A stretch of 64,000 bases of DNA from Myxococcota bacterium (GTDB lineage Bacteria; Myxococcota_A; UBA9160; UBA6930). Under the pieces are notes generated by a model. The model made no database searches and had not been told where the DNA came from. It was given only the letters and a program-made list of their open reading frames with translations. The stretch is from contig OZ245015.1 in assembly GCA_965223705.1 (NCBI GenBank), positions 3,104,001 through 3,168,000 on the forward strand, written 5' to 3'. Positions 63,984-64,000 of the stretch are shown here, in pieces. Within the stretch, counting starts at the first letter, position 1; the number at the start of each line of letters is the position of its first letter. Position numbers and translations under genes: made by a program.

Positions 63984-64000
63984 GGGTACATCCTACACAA

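Overview
Gene-dense, high-GC (roughly two-thirds G+C by eye) bacterial chromosomal window with about 67 coding regions. I recognised no rRNA, tRNA, CRISPR array, transposase, integrase or phage gene. The host is probably a diderm, given an outer-membrane beta-barrel, a LolA-like protein, a c-type cytochrome and Tat substrates. The many LLM, SDR and acyl-CoA enzymes would fit an uncultured Binatota/Myxococcota(UBA9160)-like lineage, but that is inference only. Content is mostly catabolic/redox: beta-oxidation (FadAB, acyl-CoA synthetase, two acyl-CoA carboxylases), amine/nitrogen handling (fold-IV (R)-amine-transaminase-like gene, AmtB, a TTQ amine dehydrogenase mauBEDA cluster plus cytochrome c but no mauG), a tungsten-type aldehyde oxidoreductase with a MoaD/SAMP-like protein, four LLM oxidoreductases, a Rieske oxygenase and five SDRs. 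Best candidates for undescribed systems: (1) a translationally coupled operon of Fe/2OG oxygenase, di-iron desaturase, unknown protein and an HTTM (vitamin-K-carboxylase-like)-DCC1 fusion (38465-41758); (2) an apparently circularly permuted DHH phosphoesterase fused to a catalytically dead CPBP domain, beside two small ORFs (21151-23360); (3) a TMTC-like GT-C / methyltransferase / GT2 glycosylation cassette (24861-28083); (4) a bacterial C4orf33/UPF0462-like gene paired with a sugar-kinase-like phosphotransferase. I also found a frameshift that removes a catalytic His, a recurring leaderless-mRNA signature and two unrelated 33-bp tandem duplications. Family calls come from motif recognition without database searches, and many starts were moved from the ORF track using RBS and overlap evidence.
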